A DNA stretch of 64,000 nt from Eledone cirrhosa (lineage: Eukaryota), in assembly GCA_964016885.1 (NCBI GenBank), contig OZ024743.1:90892001-90956000 (forward strand). Direction: 5' to 3'. Positions 61,800-64,000 of the stretch are shown one piece after another. A program made the position numbers and the translations under genes. Numbering within the stretch: the first letter of the stretch is position 1; every line of letters begins with the position of its first letter. The notes beneath the pieces were generated by a model, which saw only the letters and a list, made by a program, of their open reading frames with translations, was not told the DNA's origin and made no database searches.

Positions 61800-62876
61800 C
61801 TTAACAACAACAACAACAATAATAATGTTTCTTTATTAACCACAAGGGTTGACATAAATTATAACATTAAGGACAACACAGGACGGTACAAATGGGCATT
61901 TCTGCGTGTAAAGAAAAAAACAAAGGAAATGACAAAAAAAAAGAAACAAAGGAAAATTCCCCACTAGGGGGGAGACTTCCGAGGGACACTCGTGGGGAAT
62001 GCTCATTAAAAAGCCACAGTGACCCTGACCACCAGGGCGAGTGTCCTCTCCAGTTTTCCACCTCCAATTTACAGGTGCATACTCAGAGAAGGCCCATTCA
62101 CTCGGGCCATGCTTGCCTCTCTCACCCATCTTTCAACAAATTGCTAGGAAGAGAGCATTTCCCTCTCCGCCAGCGTGTTGCCACTGCAATGATGATTGTT
62201 GCTGGGTTTCCGAATTATAATGGCCATTACTTTTCCTCCTCGACAACAGTGACAAGTCGTTCTAAACATAGGAAATTTGAAAAAGTTAATCAGGACATCA
62301 CCGAAGAGATAAGTGCTTGTCTTCAGCCCTTTCAAACGCGTCCACCACACGACCTCTTTCGCCATGGCCACCAGGCAGATAATAACTGCCTGCCCTTCCT
62401 GGATAAAGGAAGGCGGCGGGGAAATCCTCACGATGGACTCAGTTGGTAGTAGGATCAATCCAACACGCAACAGCAGGTGTTCGACGTAAACCCACCAGTC
62501 AGCAATGTTCGGACACTGGACGAGTGCGTGCGGGACGGTTTCGTCGCCCTGCGCGCATCTTGGACACTTCCATGCCTGTAGAGTTTATCCAGAGCTGGTA
62601 AAGCTCCCTGGTAACACTATCAGGCCAGGGACTTCTGGAAGTTGTCCATGGACCCAGGTTCGAAAGTTCTCTCGAAGAGATTGGCTAATTGATTTTTGTC
62701 GACGCCCAGAGTCTCCCCAAGGACGTCGTCGCTCATTCCCTCCACTAACCCTCTATAGAACGCCAAGGAAGAGGTGGAGATGTCTGCGCATCATCAGCTA
62801 CGCATGCCCAGCCCTCCATGTAGCGGGTGTTGACAGCATATGGACCGCCTGACCATCGGAGCACGCCCCTTCCACA
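61800..62876 (-). mobile_element. Tx1/L1-clade LINE 3' fragment with internal deletions and a ~100-bp foreign insertion
   Basis: Revcomp homologous to 49375-50630. Confidence 0.9.
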
Positions 62877-62919
62877 TACCGTTATGAGGCTATTTGCTTG
62901 CAAATGAATCGAATATTAT

Positions 62920-63172
62920 TGGTGGATTGGCAGTATCAGTAGAGAGTCGGACACCATGCTTTGTAGCATAGAGTTACGGTCCTTTATGGTCTGAGTTCAA
63001 ATCCCGCTGAGGTTAACTTTGCCTTTCATCCTTATGGGGTCGATAAAATAAAGTACCAGTAATGCACTGGGTAATTTGCTGGCCTTGTGCCAAATTAGAA
63101 ACAATTATTAAAGTACCAGTAATGCACTGGGTAATTGCTGGTCTTGTGCCAATAGTAGAAACAATTATTATT
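62920..63172 (+). mobile_element. tRNA-derived SINE with duplicated 3' end
   Basis: A/B boxes; aaagtaccagtaatgcactgggtaatt repeated twice. Confidence 0.87.
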
Positions 63173-63809
63173 CGATATAAAATTTACGAATACTTTTACG
63201 TATCCACTATGTTAGAGCAAAAACTAATTTCGTCCTTAAATTTTCCTTTAAAAAAAATATCGTGTATCATCTCAATATTTAGGACTGTTGTTCGATTAGT
63301 CTCCCCCCCCCCCCTTCACGCACACACACACAACCGCAACAGCAAACCAATAACACAGAACGTAAAGATATAAAAGAAATGTCGTGATGGCATTTTATCC
63401 GATGCTCTACCAATTCTGCCAATCCACCAGACAATTGTTTCAGAATAACATTATAAATATGATGTCGTTAACACAAATATAAACAGATATAACAAATACA
63501 ATTAACCATTACCAGGAACCTCACAAAAACAACACACCAAAAAATATGATCAGAACGGGAGAAAGAAAGAAAAAAAAGGGAGAAACAAAAAGAAAAACGA
63601 CCATCAATTCACCAAGTGCGACAATCGGCCACACATCACAAGAGTCAACATTTCTCGACTTGCTACCCTAGATTTCTCAGCATGTTTTCACCATGTTGGT
63701 TTCATGCAGAGTATCACTCTAGGTATTTTTCCTAGTACTTATTTCAAGTTATCTCACCAATTAACTTTTATTGACAAGAATCTCTATATTTCTAAAGTGA
63801 TCTATGTAT

Positions 63810-64000
63810 GTCAATAAGGGAAAAGACTATATTTCTTTGGACTATACTTCGTCAGGCTCGAACCATAAACTGGAGGCATCATAAGATTCTTACACATGGA
63901 TTTAACCAGTAATTATTTTTTCCAGCCTGAGGCGTTCGAGACGTTTGGTCGAGTTGGGCCGCTGACAGCGAAGTTCTTGTTCATCACTGGCGGCTCACCT
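63810..64000 (+). mobile_element. Degenerate restriction-like endonuclease fragment of a CRE-like non-LTR retrotransposon
   Basis: GK...LDYT and MDLTSNYFFQPEAFETFGRVGPLTAKFL resemble the K..KY..L..Y.F.P.A.ET.G..G motif. Confidence 0.55.

Noticed and set aside
63926-64000. Apparent acceptor (ttttttccag) plus open frame as a host exon
   Set aside because: Sequence on both sides translates as a retrotransposon RLE motif

Overview
AT-rich, repeat-saturated animal genomic DNA. The abundant tRNA-derived SINE family and the TE mix suggest an octopod cephalopod (inference). Most listed ORFs are microsatellite artefacts or retroelement fragments. Manual splice-site reading recovers a complete 4-coding-exon host gene on + (34352-34442, 36764-36964, 50672-50755, 54833-55008). 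It encodes a 183-aa secreted Cys-containing protein with a DUF4773-like pattern. The last two exons of a diverged tandem paralog lie at 4844-4927 and 6298-6491. The rest is LINEs (Tx1/L1-like, Dong/R4, RTE, CR1, CRE-like), a Tc1/mariner remnant, SINEs, and a dense set of Penelope-like elements (Neptune-, Naiad- and Nematis-like) embedded in (TA)n tracts. About 31 minimal type I hammerhead ribozyme (HHR) motifs in about 10 sequence families were folded by eye, some with inactivating substitutions. They occur in pLTRs, in ORF-less 341-467 bp tandem units carrying an octamer motif (retrozyme-like), and as head-to-head palindromes. Two tandem HHR pairs lie in sense orientation inside intron 2 of the host gene. 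All calls come from reading the sequence by eye; no database search or folding program was run.
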